Positions 45,730 to 46,621 of a stretch of DNA of 46,621 nt are shown piece after piece (within the stretch, counting starts at the first letter, position 1; each line of letters starts with the position of its first letter). The stretch covers positions 1-46,621 of the forward strand of contig CAZFJN010000009.1 in the NCBI GenBank assembly GCA_964519595.1. The letters are read 5' to 3'. Under the pieces are notes generated by a model. It worked only from the letters and a program-made list of their open reading frames with translations, was not told the origin of the DNA and ran no database searches. Made by a program: the position numbers and the translations under genes. The stretch comes from an uncultured Rickettsiales bacterium (GTDB lineage: Bacteria; Pseudomonadota; Alphaproteobacteria; Rickettsiales; SXRF01).

Positions 45730-46295
45730 CTGATTTGAATCTTATTCGTAATTTCTCGATAATCGCGCATATCGACCATGGAAAATCCACTCTGGCCGAC
45801 CGCCTGATCGAATTCTGCGGCGCTTTAGATAAGCGCGAGATGACCGAGCAGGTGCTTGATTCAATGGACATTGAAAAAGAACGCGGCATCACCATCAAAG
45901 CGCAAACCGTGCGCCTGCAATACAAAGCCAAAGACGGAAAAAACTATATTCTCAATTTAATGGACACGCCCGGACATGTCGATTTCGGCTATGAAGTATC
46001 GCGCTGTCTGGCCGCCTGTGAAGGATCGCTGCTGGTAGTCGATGCCAGCCAGGGCGTAGAAGCGCAGACGCTGGCCAATGTCTATAAAGCTCTCGATGCC
46101 GGACATGAGCTGATTCCGGTTCTTAATAAAATAGACCTCCCCGCCGCCGATATTGACCGCGCCAAAGCCCAAATAGAAGAAGTAATAGGAATTGATGCCT
46201 CAGAAGCAATAGCCATCTCCGCCAAAAGCGGAATAGGAATAGAAGATGTGCTGGAAGCAATAGTAAAAACCCTCCCCCCACCAAAGATATTGTGA
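45726..46295 (+). CDS. lepA: Elongation factor 4 (LepA), N-terminal GTPase-domain fragment only; the frame ends where a repeat element begins (possible pseudogene or split gene)
   Basis: Motifs '[21 protein letters not shown]', 'DTPGHVDF' and 'NKIDLP'. LepA is normally about 600 aa. Here 189 codons end with tga tag at 46293-46298, right after '...LPPPK'. Confidence 0.85.
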   Translation: MTDLNLIRNFSIIAHIDHGKSTLADRLIEFCGALDKREMTEQVLDSMDIEKERGITIKAQTVRLQYKAKDGKNYILNLMDTPGHVDFGYEVSRCLAACEGSLLVVDASQGVEAQTLANVYKALDAGHELIPVLNKIDLPAADIDRAKAQIEEVIGIDASEAIAISAKSGIGIEDVLEAIVKTLPPPKIL

Positions 46296-46313
46296 TAGCA
46301 GCTCTTGATCTAT

Positions 46314-46569
46314 AGCCACTCAGATGTCGGATGCCAGAATACAGATGTCAAGAAATTGACATCTGATATCTGACCTCTGACATCAATATAGAATGTACAT
46401 TTGTACATTTGTACATAGCATGGCCTTAGCCACGCAGATGTCGGATGCCAGAATACAGATGTCAAGAAATTGACATCTGAAATTGACATCTGAAATTGAC
46501 ATCTGATATCTGACCTCTGACCTCTGACATCTGCGTGGCTAACGCCACGCTATGTACATTTGTACATTT
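46314..46569. repeat. Repeat-dense element: two 53-nt direct copies (46314-46366, 46428-46480; 52/53), 13-bp iterons aattgacatctga x3, ten copies of cagatgtc/gacatctg, and tgtacatt tandem runs
   Basis: All positions counted by hand. Copy B is closed by the 15-bp inverted repeat agccacgcagatgtc / gacatctgcgtggct. Confidence 0.9.
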
Positions 46570-46595
46570 GGCTGGAGCTTGTGGAACGGCAAAAG
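46570..46595. repeat. Second copy of the 26-nt motif seen at 41-66
   Basis: ggctggagcttgtggaacggcaaaag against ggctggagcttgtggcacggcaaaag. Confidence 0.85.
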
Positions 46596-46621
46596 TTTTA
46601 TTACAGCTTGATCTTTCAAAA

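Noticed and set aside
46314-46540. Possible CRISPR array (repeated 53-nt units and 13-bp units)
   Set aside because: There are only two long copies. The units are internally palindromic and abut one another without unique spacers, and no cas genes are in the window. The 12-18-bp arrays elsewhere are also contiguous, so they have no spacers either.
1-46621. Whole interval as a mobile genomic island bounded by the 26-nt direct repeats
   Set aside because: The interval contains core genes (ftsA/Q, ddl, murB/C, ygfZ, lepA, an RNA methyltransferase) and has no integrase, transposase, tRNA or conjugation genes. The repeats look like members of a dispersed family.

Overview
No tools were used. All family calls come from motifs I recognised in the supplied translations, and I ran no database search.

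- **1-9 kb:** distal dcw/cell-wall genes on the minus strand (murC-murB ... ddl-ftsQ-ftsA). A plus-strand pstS plus OprO/P-type porin pair is wedged between murB and ddl. The gene order looks alphaproteobacterial, but that is a weak inference.
- **9.0-29.5 kb:** a Wzm/Wzt (ABC-transporter-dependent) polysaccharide locus that directly abuts murC.
  - It carries a CDP-hexose pathway: rfbF, rfbG, an NDP-hexose C-methyltransferase, an RmlC-like epimerase and a reductase.
  - It carries 3-4 glycosyltransferase-like proteins.
  - Its tailoring set is unusually dense: five methyltransferase domains, a NodU/CmcH carbamoyltransferase with SxtJ/SxtK-like partners, a sulfotransferase, a PhyH-like dioxygenase and an SGNH hydrolase.
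- **31.0-39.0 kb:** a divergent operon for an activated ulosonic acid (NANS/NeuB-type synthase, CMP-cytidylyltransferase, GT-B transferase). It also encodes an SDR, an aldehyde dehydrogenase and a fused transketolase. This is my best candidate for undescribed chemistry.
- **39.3-46.3 kb:** an Aer-like PAS-MCP, ygfZ, two tandem prepilin-type proteins, a DUF465-like ORF and an RlmD/TrmA-type RNA methyltransferase. lepA stops after its GTPase domain, where a repeat-dense element begins.
- **Not seen:** rRNA, tRNA, CRISPR-cas, integrase, transposase or phage genes.
- **Non-coding DNA:** many of the longer intergenic spacers carry 12-18-bp tandem repeats or long perfect/nested palindromes. A 26-nt motif occurs near both ends of the window.
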